DNA from: Podarcis vaucheri
Lineage: Eukaryota
DNA: 64,000 nt
Strand: one strand, 5' to 3'
Assembly (NCBI GenBank): GCA_965113315.1
Contig: OZ220368.1
Part shown: one piece after another, positions 1 through 13,535 of the stretch
Position numbering within the stretch: position 1 is the first letter of the stretch
Layout: each line of letters begins with the position of its first letter
Notes under the pieces: model-generated
The model's input: only the letters and a program-made list of their open reading frames with translations
Told to the model about the DNA's origin: nothing
The model's database searches: none
Translations under genes and position numbers: made by a program

Positions 1-1132
1 ACTATAGACATCCTTACTTGTTGGGTTCACATGGTGGAAAAAATGAGAGAACAAAGAGCTTGGTAACCTTTCCTCCCAAGGTGAGAGGGTATGACCTAGC
101 TAAGTCTGGCAGGACAGTTTACTCTATGGTCTTAACTCCATCATACATTTGCTAGAGTTAAGCATGTTGGTTATATGAGGCTGGAAATATCCCACAAATA
201 CTGGGAGATGGACACTTGGTCTAAGTTCTGCTCCTCACCTACCCATTAGAGTTAGTGTCTTGAATTATGAGCTATAGGCTATTCTAATTTATGAAACCAC
301 AGAATAAGATGAAACTTGTGTCCTGGACTTTAGGAAAATATTATCTCTGGTCAGATTGGCACCCTGCACATTTTGATTCAAAACTTGCCATCTAGCAGGG
401 CTAAATTCCTTTTTAAAAAAGAAAAGAAAGAAAGAAAGCTCAGGTTCCAGGACCCCTTGTAGACACGGGTTCATGTGAAATTGCTCCAGTTACACCATGG
501 ATAATCTGGCCTTGCCCATCACTCCTGACCATTGGCCATGTTGGCTGAGGCTCATGGCACTTTGAGTCCAACATCCTTGCTTGTAAAAATGGTTTGCTAA
601 AGTTATTGGAATTCCATTTTGGTAACAAGGAAATGCGTACTATACTCTGCTTGTTTGCTGTAGTATTTTTCTTATGCATCTATTTGTGCATCTTCCACAT
701 CCTTCCTATAAGAGTGTATCCATTCTGAGTAGATTTCCCCCCTACTTCACTGAATTTCTTGATTTATCCAGCTGAATTGTCCAAATTATAATATATTTCT
801 TTTTGAACTCATATGCAAATGGAAAATGAAACAAGAGCATATTGCAGATGCCTTATACAGAGTAGAAAGAAAAATAGCCTTCATTTATTTTTGTCAGGTA
901 ATAGCATTTTGCTGCTTGAAAGAACAATCATGCTTCCCTTTTTATCATGTTTTGTGTTTTTGTCTATCGTACCTTTTCTGCATAAGAATACTTGGCTATC
1001 TTCTCTTACCACATGATATTTTGCTCTTGCACTGAATATTCCATTGTGCAATTAGCATTTGCTAATTAAACAATACAATTTTCCAGTATTAATAGCTCCT
1101 ATATCTTTTTTCCTCAGTACAGATACCCTAAC

Positions 1133-1222
1133 AGTACAATCCTATGCATGGTTGCTTGGGAGTGAGTCCAACTGAGTTCAATTGGATTTACTCCTAGGTA
1201 AGTGTATATAGGACTGCAGCCC
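1133..1222. mobile_element. Short palindromic MITE family (Harbinger-like: GGCTGCAATCCTAT...ATAGGATTGCAGCC). Related copies near 3855, 4370, 13024, 14548 and 61975.
   Basis: tacaatcctat...ataggactgcagcc inverted termini, with a recurring internal gagtaagt/acttactc motif. Confidence 0.55.
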
Positions 1223-1434
1223 TAATTTCTCATTAACAATTTCACTTTACACCAATACAGAGTCCATAGCCTCTCCATCAATTAGATGTGGGAATTCTGA
1301 TTATTCTGGTTTTAGTTTATGGAACAAAACCAACAATCCAGCTGTAATCTCTGACTGTGGCAATTATAAAAGTGTGCAATTTCATTCATCCAAATAGCAG
1401 TGCTTCTAGGGACATGTATTTGTGGATACATGGG

Positions 1435-1627
1435 GAATCATAGAATTATAGAGTTGGAAGGGACCCCAAGGGCCATCTAGTTCAATCCCCTGCAATGCAG
1501 GAATCTCAGCTAAAGCATCCATGACAGATGGCCACCCAACCTCTGTTAAAAACCTCCAAGGAAGGAGAGTCTACCACCTCTCGTGAGAGTCTGTTCCACT
1601 GCTGAACAGCTCTTACTATCAGAATGT
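1435..1627 (-). mobile_element. CR1 LINE 3' end
   Basis: Reverse (ATTCTATG)n tail: aatcatagaattatagagttggaagggacc. Homologous to 42335-42605. Confidence 0.85.
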
Positions 1628-4600
1628 ATAGAGATTCAATCCAGTTTTAGCTACATACAACAAAGACCCCTTAAAGGAAATTCACATTCCCTATGTAGAT
1701 AAGCATTATGATGCAGATTGACACCTGTTGTTGCCAGGTAAGCGTGCCTAGGATTGCAGCCTAAATCACCCAAGATGGTTCTGAATTTGTTTCCTCATTC
1801 TACCTTATGCTTTTATGGATTTGTAGATTTGCAGCATTTGGTGTGTGGTGTAGATATTAATTTTCTTAGTAAGCGCAAGCTACATCTGTTTTTGAAACGA
1901 GATAAGCATAGTTATAACCAGCATAATTTAAGTGGCTGAAACAATGAGTGAATCATTGTGAATACTGCCACAGGAGAAAAGAAATAAGCAAAGCGGATTC
2001 AAATGCACAATTCATGGCAAATTGGTACTATGTAGACTCTCCACTGCATAGTAGTTTTGATGTTCTCTCTAGTAACCTCTGATAGATTGATATTCCAGCT
2101 TGATATGATAGTCAGACTTTTTACATAGTTCGATAAGCTCAGCTCTTGACCCCCCTTTTTTAGGGTTCATCTCTGTATGAACTTATGTCTCCTTCCATCT
2201 TATGCTCCCCAACTGACTTTCCCCTCCTCCAGCTAAGGCACCCCCGTAATCAAAACCATAATGGCAGTAGCTGAAAAAGCCTGCTATGTTCTAACCATAA
2301 CACATGTATAGGGAAAGCAATTGTAACAAACATATTCAAATATCACATAGTATTTTGGCATCAAGGGGCTATTCCATGTTCTCATACCAATATAGCAAAG
2401 GAAGGATAAGCCTTCATGCACGTGCCTATATGCACTTATCAAAACCACCACCAAATACCAAGTGCTGAAAGAAGTGCCAATAGAAAAGGTAAGGGCCAAA
2501 AACACAGAGCAAGGTGCCACAAACCCATCTAAAGACAGATGGTCTAGCCAAAACTGGCAAGATGAAGAAACAACAACACAGGGAAGGCAGAATCTTAGGT
2601 GTGGTAATCATGCAAGCAACCATAGTTGCAGAAGACATAATAAGGCACAGTAGAAGCACTGGGTGGCTGAGGGACTCATGTAGCCAAAGCCCTCTTAATG
2701 AGTTTGCAAGGTTTATACTTATTACAAGCCAATCATATCAAAAGGGTATGATGCAAGTTTAATAAACCAACTCAAATCAAAAGTATTGCGGTTCCTATCT
2801 GCCACAAGGCCACCTTTGTTAATTCACGGTTGAATGGTACAGGGTGCAGCAGCCTGCAGAGCGAGGGTCCATGCTCAAGATGTGTAGTGCTGACAAGAAA
2901 CAACTCCACTTCATAATAACGAGCAATCCTGGCTGGGTAGTCAGAGATTGTTGCAGTCAATAGTGTTCATAAGAGGCCACGGTTACAGGGCCTGAATCGA
3001 TGAAGGAGACTTGCTCAGCACAAAATAGTGTATGGGAATCAAACTCCTAAAGATTCTTACTGGCAGGAATAGAAAATTTGTAATCTAGACAGAAAATGTA
3101 AGTACCAGGTGAGCTGATGCTAAAGCAGCTTTTTTTTAAAAAAAGAGGAAAGAGATCCACAAAGGTATTTAAAATTTCCTGTCTAATGTTTCCAGTCCAT
3201 TAGACTGTCTAAATCTGCCCATTTAAAGCACCAAGAATATTCTGTAATAAAACAGCTGCATCCTCCTTCATTCTAGCCACTGCTGTGTCATTTCATTATA
3301 TCATCAGCAAATCTAATATTGTCATGTGTAAACCAAAGCAGGGGATGGAACGATGCAACTGACGCTGAAATTTCAGATGCTGTTGGTACACATACTTCTT
3401 GGAAAAATGATCTTAACCTTTAATAACAAGTTGCTATCTGATTAGTTCCAAAGAAAATCCTATTAAAGAGACATATGTACAAACCCCCTTTCTTGTTACA
3501 AACTAAAACGATTCTCCCCTTCTAATCAAATTCATGGGCATTTAAGCTTTCAAGGGCTTAATGGGGTCTCATGGCTAGATGGCACATTAGAGAGAGTAGA
3601 AGATATGCCATAAATGTATTATGGAAGCTTTTACTGGGAACCTCTCCCACGTCACAAATTAGTGCAGTTTTAATCTTCTCCTAATGCAGATAATAGAATC
3701 AAATGCTTTACCAGAAGAACATACAATGCATGTGTAGTATTGAATGACGTTTCACCCATTTCCTATTTTATTGCATTTCCAAAAATAGGAAGTGACTTCT
3801 ATAATTCTACAATGCAGAGAGAAATATAATAGATGTATATGTCTGCAAGATAGCAGTTCTGCACACACTTGCTTGTAAGTCCCAGTGAACCCGATGGGAC
3901 TTGCTTCTGAGTAGACCTGCAGTTACCAGAGTTGCCTGTGAAGATTGAATGGTTATAAAGGCTTTGGTCCCAAAAACTCTTGGAGTTGGTTTGCATGGCA
4001 TGGTGAGCGAAACGATGGCTTAATAAGATTATGTGAACCTGAAGCCTTTGCTCCTCCCTGCTTCTTTTTACTGCCACGCTGTCCTGAGCTAAGGCAAAAG
4101 TTGGCTTAGCGTGTCTTCTGAACTGGGACTTGTGGTTAAGCTCTCTTCTCACTAGCTGCAAGCTGAAGCCAAGAACGAACCTTGGCTACAGCTCACAGCA
4201 CATGAGAAGAGACCTCAGTCACAAGCCTGGGTTCAGTCAACACTGAGTTCAGTGTGGCGCAGGAGTGAAAAAGACCAGAGAGGAACAAAGCAGCAATAAG
4301 CTCCTCTCAGGGTATCCACCTACCAGTAAACCATAGCTTGCATTACTGTATCATGCAAACCAGCTCTTATTAGGGAGTAAATTCCACTGAACACAGTGGA
4401 ATTGATTGGCATGTAAACCTGGACAGGATTGTTCTGCACATCAGTTTAACTTTGTGGTATAGCAGAGTATATCCCCTAAGTGATATAAGATTATTTTATT
4501 CACTTTATGGACACAATGAGAAGGGAATTGTGCTAGTAGTTGGGGTTTTTTAAGCAGCATTTTAAGATTTTTGTTCTGAATGCATGAGTCATGAGCACAT

Positions 4601-4655
4601 TTGAGACTTAATTTTTTTATTGTAAGGGGGGAAATTCAGGTTTTTGTTTTAAATT

Positions 4656-4860
4656 AGAACATAAGAACACAAGAGCAGCTTTGCTGGATCAGACCAAAGG
4701 GCCATCCAATTCAGCATCTTTTCCCCACAGTGGCCAGCCAGATACCCATGGGGAGCCCACAAGCAGACTGCAGTCTACCTCATCTGTTTACCAGAAACCG
4801 AGTGACTGTTTCTATAGCCTTGTTGCTATAACTCCATTTTCTGGCATCCAACGAAGTAGA
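4656..4860 (-). mobile_element. CR1 3' end (taagaaca-tail family)
   Basis: agaacataagaacacaagagcagctttgctggatcagaccaaagggccatcc. Confidence 0.65.
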
Positions 4861-5599
4861 CTCAACGTGTATGAAATCTTACTGCCTTATAATATGACAT
4901 TTGTCTCTAAGGAGCTACACAAGCTATACATTTTTTAAATATATACAACCACTGCCGCAGCTTACTACTAGCATTTTGATTGTGTTCTTAATGTTATATG
5001 TCCCGAGACTTCAGGGATAAGGCTGAATAAGATTCCATAAATAAATACTGCAATTTTATCCTCTTAGAATTCAATGAATGTTGTACTTTTTAGAGGGCAG
5101 GGGGAAAGAGGTGTAAAAATCAAGTCTAGTCCCACTGTATCCCAACAACTGTCATTGAATATGACATTTTAAATTTCAGCAACATTTTTGAATGATTGTA
5201 ATTATTTTTACCCTACTGATTTTTTGGGGGGAGTGGGGATGGGATTCCTTCTGGGATATTCTAGAATGGTGAAGTGCTCTCCTTCTACCTTAAAGTGCCC
5301 TAGGACTAAAACTGGGCCTGGTGTCTGGCATAACTGGATTGAATCTTAGCCTGACATACCATTGCTCCCCCTCCCACAGAAGAGGGATAGTGGTGGTTAG
5401 GCCTTGCTAGAGTGAACTGAGGCTTAGCACGTAAGCATAGCAAGCCTGGATAATTGCTGATGACCCATCAAGTTGAAGAGCATACCCTCCTTTCCATGGA
5501 GACAGTGGTAATGGATTGGGCATGGTGCTAACAAGATGTAGCAGGTAAGAAATACTCTAAAACACCAGAGAACATTCAGCAAAACAAAATAATACCCTT

Positions 5600-6990
5600 G
5601 GTGCTACAGAGTGAAGTCTAATTTGTATGACCTTTGATGCCTTCTGTTTGTGGGGACACACTGAATAACTGTTTGCAACATGACAGAGTGTGTTTTGATA
5701 ACTGCATTGCCAATGGGCACTTCAGCCAGCCCAGAAAGGAAGTAAACAATGCTGCCAGAGGTCATGTGACTCAGATGTGTATGGTACCTAACCCCCATTG
5801 GTAGGTATTCAGTCTTCTGGTGTGTAAACAAACACTGAGGAGAAGCTATGTTGTCCCTCTCCGGGTTAGAGCTCTCCACAAGGCCAAATTCTGAAGTGGG
5901 GAGCCACCCTGAGTGATTTAAAACCTTGAACAATCAGCAAAGTTGGGGACTGTCCAAGATGGGAATTGGGGACACTGTGCTCTAGTCATCACACTATTAT
6001 CTGAACAGTCATTTCCATAAGGACTACTAGCTCAGTGATTTGATCCCATGACTCTTATGCTGTGTCGTGCCATCAAACTGTTTTGTCTTATAAGCTGTTT
6101 TACTGTCTACATGAAATGGCTCCATGAGGTCATCTGGGGAATTTTAGGTGAAGCAGTGTTAAACTGAGAGCCAGTGTGATGTAGTGGTTAAGAGCGGTAG
6201 TCTTGTAATCTGGGGAACCGGGTTCGAGTCTCCGCTCCTCCACATGCAGCTGCTGGGTGAGCTTGGGCCAGTCACACTTCTTTGAAGTCTCTCAGCCCCA
6301 CTCACCTCACAGAGTGTTTGTTGTGGGGGAGGAAGGGAAAGGAGAATGTTAGCCGCTTTGAGACTCCTTAAAGGGAGTGAAAGGCGGGATATCAAATCCA
6401 AACTCCTCCTCCTCCTCCTCCTCCTCCTCCCTGATGTTACTTTGTTCCATGTCTCCTTTTTGTCTTCTTCAAGTGAGATGCTAAGTTTGTGTTTGGAAAC
6501 AGTAATGGGCTGGAACAGGGCCAAAGAACTGAAGCTTGAACTATAAAAGATTGAGCTATTATTAGTGAGTGGTTTGTCTGATTTGAAAACTGGTGTTCAG
6601 CCTATCCTAGGCAGGACTCAAAGATGAAGCTCATGGATTGCGGGTCCTTTTTGATTTAGCCTTATCTGGGGAGTCAAGTGGTTTCAGTGGCATTATATAC
6701 CTTCACTAGCATCAGTCACCTGAGACAGTTTCTGAATAGAGAATGCACATGCTCTGGCAATATAGTTAATTTTAATTTAATTTAGATTACTGTAATGCAT
6801 TGTATGTGGGCTATCTTTGAAGACCCCTTGAATGAGACAAAGTACAGAGGCAAGATCACGCACTGGGACCAGTTGAAGGAAACATATATCATCATTCCTG
6901 AAACCAAAATACTGGCTACCACTGCATTTTTGAACACAAATGTTGGTTAAAGCCCTAAATAGCCCATTAAATCTGTAAATATCTTGAGAC
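5600..6990 (+). mobile_element. Old L2 LINE RT fragment interrupted by a SINE
   Basis: Degenerate LFxVYMKxL.EVI motif (~6095-6140) and LDYCNALYVG motif (~6781-6810). Boundaries approximate. Confidence 0.6.
6166..6431 (+). mobile_element. tRNA-derived SINE (Squam3-like) with (CTC)n tail
   Basis: A box gtagtggttaag and B box gggttcgagtc. Nearly identical to 10503-10770. Confidence 0.85.
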
Positions 6991-6994
6991 CTGG

Positions 6995-7945
6995 GAGGCT
7001 GCCTGCTCTTGATGGGGTATTTCTGGATCCTTTGTTGTTGTTTGAGGCTCAGGTAGCCTTAGTGGCGCAGAGTGCCTTTCAGCAGCTTGGGCTGGTGGCC
7101 CAGCTGTGCCCGATCTGGATAAGGATGGCCTAACTTCTTTTGTCTATGCTCTGGTAACCTCTAAATTTAAAAAGGTAAAAGGTAAAGGACCCAAGGTGTT
7201 TGTCTGCAGACAATTTTTCCAGGTCATGTGGCCAGCATGACTAAGCCACTTCTGGCGCAACGGAACACCGAAACCAGAGCAGCGCACGGAAATGCCATTT
7301 ACATTCCCGCTGGAGTGGTACCTACTTATCTACTTGCACTTTGACGTGCTTTCGAACTGCTAGGTTGGCAGGAGCTGGGACCGAGCAATGGGAGCTCACC
7401 CCATCTCGGGGATTCGAACCGCCAACCTTCTGATTGGCAAGCCCAAGTGGCTCAGTGGTTTAGACCACAGCGCCACCCGTGTCCCTTAACCTCTAAATTA
7501 GATTACTGCAATGCATTATATGTAGAGATTCCTCTGAAGATGGTTCAGAAACTTCAGATGGTGCAGAATTTGGCAGCCAGGTTGCTCATCTGGGCAAGTT
7601 GGTTTGAGCATATTACACCAATCCTGCCCTGGCTGCCAAATGGTTTCTGGACCCAATTCAAAGTGCTGTTTTTGACCTATAGAGCCTTAAATGGCTCAGG
7701 ACCACGATACCTCAATGACGCCTCTTCCCATATAAACTGATCCAGACCCTATAATCACAATCTGAGGTCCTTCTTTGCATGCATCCTCCATGAGAGGTCC
7801 AGAGGGTGGCAACATGAGAGTGGGCCTTTTCTGCAGTGGCTCCCCATTTGTGGAATTCCCTCCCCAGGGAGGTTTGTCTGGCACCTTCAATATATATCTT
7901 TAGGCACCAGGGAAAAAACTGTTACTCTTCAACCAGGCCTTGGGC
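6995..7945 (+). mobile_element. L2 LINE 3' fragment interrupted by a Sauria SINE
   Basis: Translation SKLDYCNALYVEIPLKMVQKLQMVQNLAARLL...HITPILPWLP...FKVLFLTYRALNGSGPRYL is typical of the L2 ORF2 C-terminus. Confidence 0.85.
7168..7486 (-). mobile_element. Sauria SINE (Squam1) inserted in an L2 fragment
   Basis: tRNA-like head (GGGACACGGGTGGCGCTGTGG...GGTTCGAATCCCC) and (ACCTTT)n tail. TSD taacctctaaatt at 7155-7167 and 7487-7499. Confidence 0.9.
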
Positions 7946-7999
7946 TAATTAATAGTCTGTGTCCTTATAAATATATTTGTGGGAGGTGTGATAATAATA

Positions 8000-8197
8000 T
8001 TAATGATTATTTTCTATTAGTGCCCCAGCCACTCCAGGTGGCTTCCAACAGAATATAAAAACATAACGAACCACCAGACATAAAAAACTTCGTGATACAG
8101 GGCTACCTTCAGATGTCTTCTGAAAGTTGTATAGTGGTTTATCTCTTTGACATCTGATGGGAGGGCATGCCACAGGCTGCGCTCCACTACTGAGAAG
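8000..8197 (-). mobile_element. L2-type 3' end fragment
   Basis: ccagccactc...gcttccaaca...cagggctaccttcagatgtc is shared with 13630-13785 and 60210-60312. Confidence 0.6.
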
Positions 8198-9435
8198 TAG
8201 TTTGTTCTATTTCTGTCCTTGTTTTTATTATATACTTTGTGGTTTTATTCTGTATTTTAATGCCAGGAACCACTCTGAGATCTTTGGGTGCATTACAAAT
8301 ATTAATAATATTAATAATGAATAAAGTGTTAAAATCATCACCATAGGCCCTTTTGTCCGAGAAAAAGCTGCAGTAAATAAGGGAGGAGAAAGAAAGCAGT
8401 CTATTGATTACGTTGTCATTTGCTGAGATAGCTTCAGCATTCGTCCAGCTTTCATTTGACACTCAATAAAAGAAGTTTAAAAATGCGTGTTTGCAAGTTT
8501 AATTAACTTGTTCATTGAACAGAAATCCTGCAAACACTTTGCTATCAAGCCACCCGCCACACACCTTCACTCAATACTCCCAACAGCTATTCTGGAATTT
8601 GAGCCAAATGTCCTCAAATTTTGGATTTTAAATTGTTTTTCTACACTGCATTGAGCACCCGCTCAATTGGAAAGATGACTAAGAAGTGGTCTCAATAAAT
8701 AAAAGAAAATATATAAAAAACAAGGTCTAGAAGACAATATTAGTGGATGCAGTGTTTTGTGGCTGCTTAGGGGAAATGTTAATAAGGCAGCATGCTTTTT
8801 CATTCGTTCCTTGTTTATACTTCCTGCATCTCTAGCTTTAAAAAAGCATAGGCAATTGATCAGGAATATTTTTACATACAGACATTTACTACCATTATTC
8901 GTATTTATTTTATACTACATGATTATTATTTTAACCTGCAGAGTATACCCTTTGTGGTCAAATAATAGCATGTATTTGCAATAAAACCCAGGCAGACAAA
9001 GACTCTCAGTGCACATGTGATGAGCAAGGGCAATGAAGTGAGCCAACTGAAATTTAGGACATTGCTTACTAATATGAAAAGTCTCTAGAAAAATGAGCTG
9101 AGAGATAAATAGCAGGAATGAAGCGTGTCTGTGTGTTCATGGATATATGTGCAAAGCTTGAAATAGTTTCTGTACCTGATAATAGCCATTATCCTGAGCC
9201 GTGGCTGGCTGGCTTGATGGCTTCTTGGGGTAGCAATATGCATGCCCCCAAATGGTGGTAAGTAGAACTGGTGCTACAGTAGAAACTATGTGTTGTGGAG
9301 AGAGGGTTGAGTTGCACTGGCATTGAGTTTTGGGCTTTCAAGAGGATAAGTGGTGAGTTGCCGAAAAGCAGAGGAAACTGGGCAGCTCTGCTCCAGCCAC
9401 TGTCCTTTGACTTCTCACACATGACAAAATATATA

Positions 9436-9660
9436 CAGTGGTACCTCTAGTTATGAACTTAATTTGTTCTGGAGGTCTGTTCTTAACCTGAAACTGTTCT
9501 TCACTAGAGGCGTGCTTTTGCTAATGGGGCCTCTTGCTGCCGCTGCGCCCCTGGCACATGATTTCCATTCTCGTCCTGGGGCAAAGTTGTCAACTCGAGG
9601 TAACTCTTCCAAGTTAGCGGAGTTTATAACCTGAGGTGTTTGTAACTCGAGGTACCACAG
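9436..9660. mobile_element. Tc1/mariner-pogo (Tigger-like) MITE
   Basis: ta|CAGTGGTACCTC ... GAGGTACCACAG termini. Confidence 0.75.
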
Positions 9661-10502
9661 AGTAAATGTGTGTGGCATATGTCTGTCTGTGTAGAAGGGT
9701 GCATTCAGACACCACACTAAACGGTAAATTAACATGGCATGAACAAGCTGCAACAGGTCTCAAACTCTTTTCTGCTTCTAACAATACCACAAGACATTCA
9801 GAAGTTTTTACTTCCATTTTTGCTTAACCACTACCTGTCATGTTGTCCAAACTGACAAACCGTGGTTAATGGGACACAACCGTGAGCAAGTGTGAAGTGG
9901 GACTTGTGTGTTTGCATGTAATGTGTGTGAGAGAAAGAGGGAATGAATAGAGGAATACGATATTTGCATGGGCTTTGACTTCTCTCCATGAATTGCTTGA
10001 CCTGAAGCCTGCAACTTGGTTCAGTTCCCTGGGAGATCTTCTTTACATAGGTTTTGAGTTCCTCAGTACTGACCGATTGTCCTTCAGACTTGAAATTCTC
10101 AGCTCCAGTGTTTCCTCTCTGTGAAATGAGTACATAGATTTCCAGAATTTCTTTTGAATGCTTAATTCCTTGATAACATGCTGCAAATCTTTGTGTTATA
10201 CATGTGGCTATGTAAGCTATGTATGCTTACTGGAGCAATGCAGTTTTTGTTCTTGATTTGTTTGTGTGACATTGCTGCAAATGATGAGTGTTACAAACAG
10301 TATTTTGGCCAGTCCACAAAGCCTGTTTGCAACAATTAAGATCTTTCTAACTTATTTCTGGCTAATAACTGTGTCTTGGAATCATGTGACCTGATTGAAC
10401 AGCTGTATAGGTCAACTAGATTTTGCATTTCCGTGGGTATGCTTCAGCCATTTTGTTTGGTTTATTCAGTGGTCAGTCATGAGGACCTGATAACTTCATT
10501 GA

Positions 10503-10770
10503 GGAGAGCCAGTGTGGTGTGGTGGTTAAGAGCGGTAGTCTCGTAATCTGGGGAACCGGGTTCGCGTCTCCGCTCCTCCACATGCAGCTGGGTGACCTTG
10601 GGCCAGTCACACTTCTCTGAAGTCTCTGAGCCCCACTCACCTCACAGAGTGTTTGTTGTGGGGGAGGAAGGGAAAGGAGAATGTTAGCCGCTTTGAGACT
10701 CCTTAAAGGGAGTGAAAGGCGGGATATCAAATCCAAACTCCTCCTCCTCCTCCTCCTCCTCCTCTTCTTC
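10503..10770 (+). mobile_element. tRNA-derived SINE (Squam3-like)
   Basis: Second copy of the same element. Short TSD cttcattg at 10494-10501 and 10767-10774. Confidence 0.85.
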
Positions 10771-12463
10771 ATTGGCTGGGTAAGTCTGCTATGTTTGATG
10801 GCGTTTCTATCAATTCAGATATTTAGTGAAATATTGTGATGGTAGTAGGATAAATGCCTGCTAATAAACAGTGACCAAGAATGGAGCTGCCCAGGGAATA
10901 AAAGCTTAGCCGATGTCACTGTAGCAGAAACGCATTCTTGAAGCGTTAACAAAGGATTTTTGGGACCAGTTGCCAGGTTCTTTCAGCTTACACCAAAAAT
11001 GCATTTTGTTGTAACACTTTATATTTGGAAGTCAAACTCACAGCATGAGCTCAGCTATTGCTCTGAGAGATATATGTGATTATCCAGTGTAAGATTAGAA
11101 AAGCTGATTTGGAGATTCATAGAAAGGAAGCATGTACCTTCTCTAAAGGTTAACTTTGAGTTATACAAAATGCATTAAAGATGAATGCTCTCTGGCAGTA
11201 TTAAGACTCTTCAGAATTTCACAATGAATGAGCTACATGTCATCAATTATTTACGGAGGGCTTCATAGTGTAGCCGTTCCAAAGTAATATCGAGATCCAT
11301 GTATCCTGAAGGTTGCTGGAATGGAAAGAATGTTGCCAGTGATATTTGGTGAAATAAGTACAGTAGAAAGGTCATCATGAGGAGGTGTAAAATTACAGGA
11401 TATCTTGGTCATGAAATTCAGCTGAAACAAGATAAGAAATTATTAATCTGTCCTCGGAGTGAAACCATGCATTGGCAATTCTATAGTGAACTGAATTTCA
11501 CTTTGGTTTTTGTTTTAAGGGGAAACCTGAAAGGGGAGGAGGATGGACTAAGATTTCAGAATTCCCCCACAGTATAAATGTTGTTTTGACAAGGTTTTAA
11601 GTTTGATCTGGCAGCAGCTCCTCAAAGAGTCCCCCCTTTTACTTATACAAATACAGAGTTTAGTTTTCTTCCTTGCTCCTTTTCTCTCTGTGTGTGTTTG
11701 CCTGGAGCAATCAGAAGTAGTACGTTTTCCTAATAGCTATTCACATTTAGTTTTCATATTATTGCTCTTCAAGGTTTGCAATGGTATTTTAGTTTTAATT
11801 TGACAGAAATTAATAAGTAGATGGGGAAAGAAATTGTACATCATGCCTGCATGGCAGTAACTGTCACACTTCCTAATTTGTTAGACAATAGGAATAATCT
11901 ACCACTTCCAATTTAGGCTCAGCAAAATAAACACATGTATATTAATGATCTTCAAATATTTCTGTGCAGCCAAGCATGTTGCCTTTATATAGAACAGCAT
12001 CAGATCAATAATTAGTGGCCGTACATTTTAATAATTCAAAGTTTTCATTAATATTGTTTTTGTTTTGTGCATTTTGCATTTTAATGTTTCACAAATTCAG
12101 GAAACTTATTGGATTTGAAGGGAAAACTATTAATAAATAAAAATCACTTCATTTTGTGTTAATGCCGCTTACCCAATGTACTATGCAAATACCCGGTAGA
12201 ATCTCTTTTTCTAGTAATAGGAAGAGGCTCCCCAAAAGCTTGCAGAAGAAGTCCCATTTAGCACCACTTTGTTCAGCATATTAGTATTCTCTGTGGTACT
12301 TAATTATTCACTGTTTTAGATTTTAAATTAAAAATAAATACTATGCATGAATGATAATTTATGTTGAACAATGGGGATGCTCTCTTCAGTCCAACATAGA
12401 GTACATTTCCTTAAGGTGTGAATTCTGGTCAATGATATATTCTCTTGACATATATTCTGATTG

Positions 12464-12503
12464 CTAGGGATTAAAATGTATTTCTAGGGATTAAAATGTA
12501 TTT
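12464..12503. repeat. Perfect 20-bp tandem duplication
   Basis: ctagggattaaaatgtattt x2. Confidence 0.95.
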
Positions 12504-13354
12504 CTTAAAGCATTAAAACAGGAAAGATGGGGTAGGACAAGCTGCAATGGCTAGACTATTAAAGTTGGCACAGACATTTTAATTCTAATTACATGTGGGA
12601 AAGACTTGTTTCCTTCATTAGGTGGGCATTAGGTGGGCAGACAACAGTTTCTGTGCTGTGTTGTTGGGTTTCTGTCCTGATAGAACATAATGCAAGCAAA
12701 ATGTTTCACTACATTCTTGAAAGCATCACCTGAATCAGCACACAAAGTGTCTCTGTAACAATGAGAGCCATTCATATAACCACTTTTGAGCCGTGTTTTC
12801 CATTTGGCAATTAAAGTGACTCTGTATGTCAACTCAGAATTTAAAGGTGAGGTAGTAATGCAATTGTCTGAATGTTTCATCATGAGTCCAACCCTTAATA
12901 GTGCACCGCAACAAACACTTCAAAAGTATTGTGTCTAGCACTGCAATAAATCAGTGTTGCATGACCATGCTGGGATATTCAAACCATTGCTTCCACATTG
13001 GATCCAGGATGACAAAAGAAATAAGACTGCAATCCTATAAACATCCAGGAGTAAGCTCAAACAGAACTCAGTGGGGCTTACTTCTGAGCAGACATCTCTA
13101 TACACTGTAAGTCTTAGAATTAAATATGTGAGTTAGTCCTTATTTTCTGTTTAGTAGAGAATTTTAACACTACCAGATTTCTCCAATAAAGGGCTGTGAT
13201 TTAGTAAATTTAACATTTGTTTACAAAGAATAATAAAATATTTCACAAAATGGGAAATAAACTTTCTAAGAAGTGTAACTGTCTACAGCACAGTTTGTTA
13301 CATGTACCATAGGAGGCCACACAGATTACCAAGGATGCAATATAAAAAGTTACA

Positions 13355-13535
13355 GATAAGTAGCCGTGTTGGTCTGCCATAGTCAAAATAAAAAAATTCC
13401 TTCCAGTAGCACCTTAAAGACCAACTAAGTTAGTTCTTGGTATGAGCTTAAGTGTGCATGCACACGAAAGCTCATACCAAGAACTAACTTAGTTGGTCTT
13501 TAAGGTGCTACTGGAAGGATTTTTTTTTTAATTTT
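13355..13535. mobile_element. Penelope-like element termini in inverted arrangement
   Basis: 52-bp perfect inverted repeat. ccagtagcaccttaaagacc and cacacgaaagctcatacc motifs are typical of reptile Penelope-like ends (from recall). Confidence 0.75.

Noticed and set aside
6159-6524. Poly-Arg ORFs here and at 10473-10772
   Set aside because: Antisense translation of a SINE with a (CTC)n tail.
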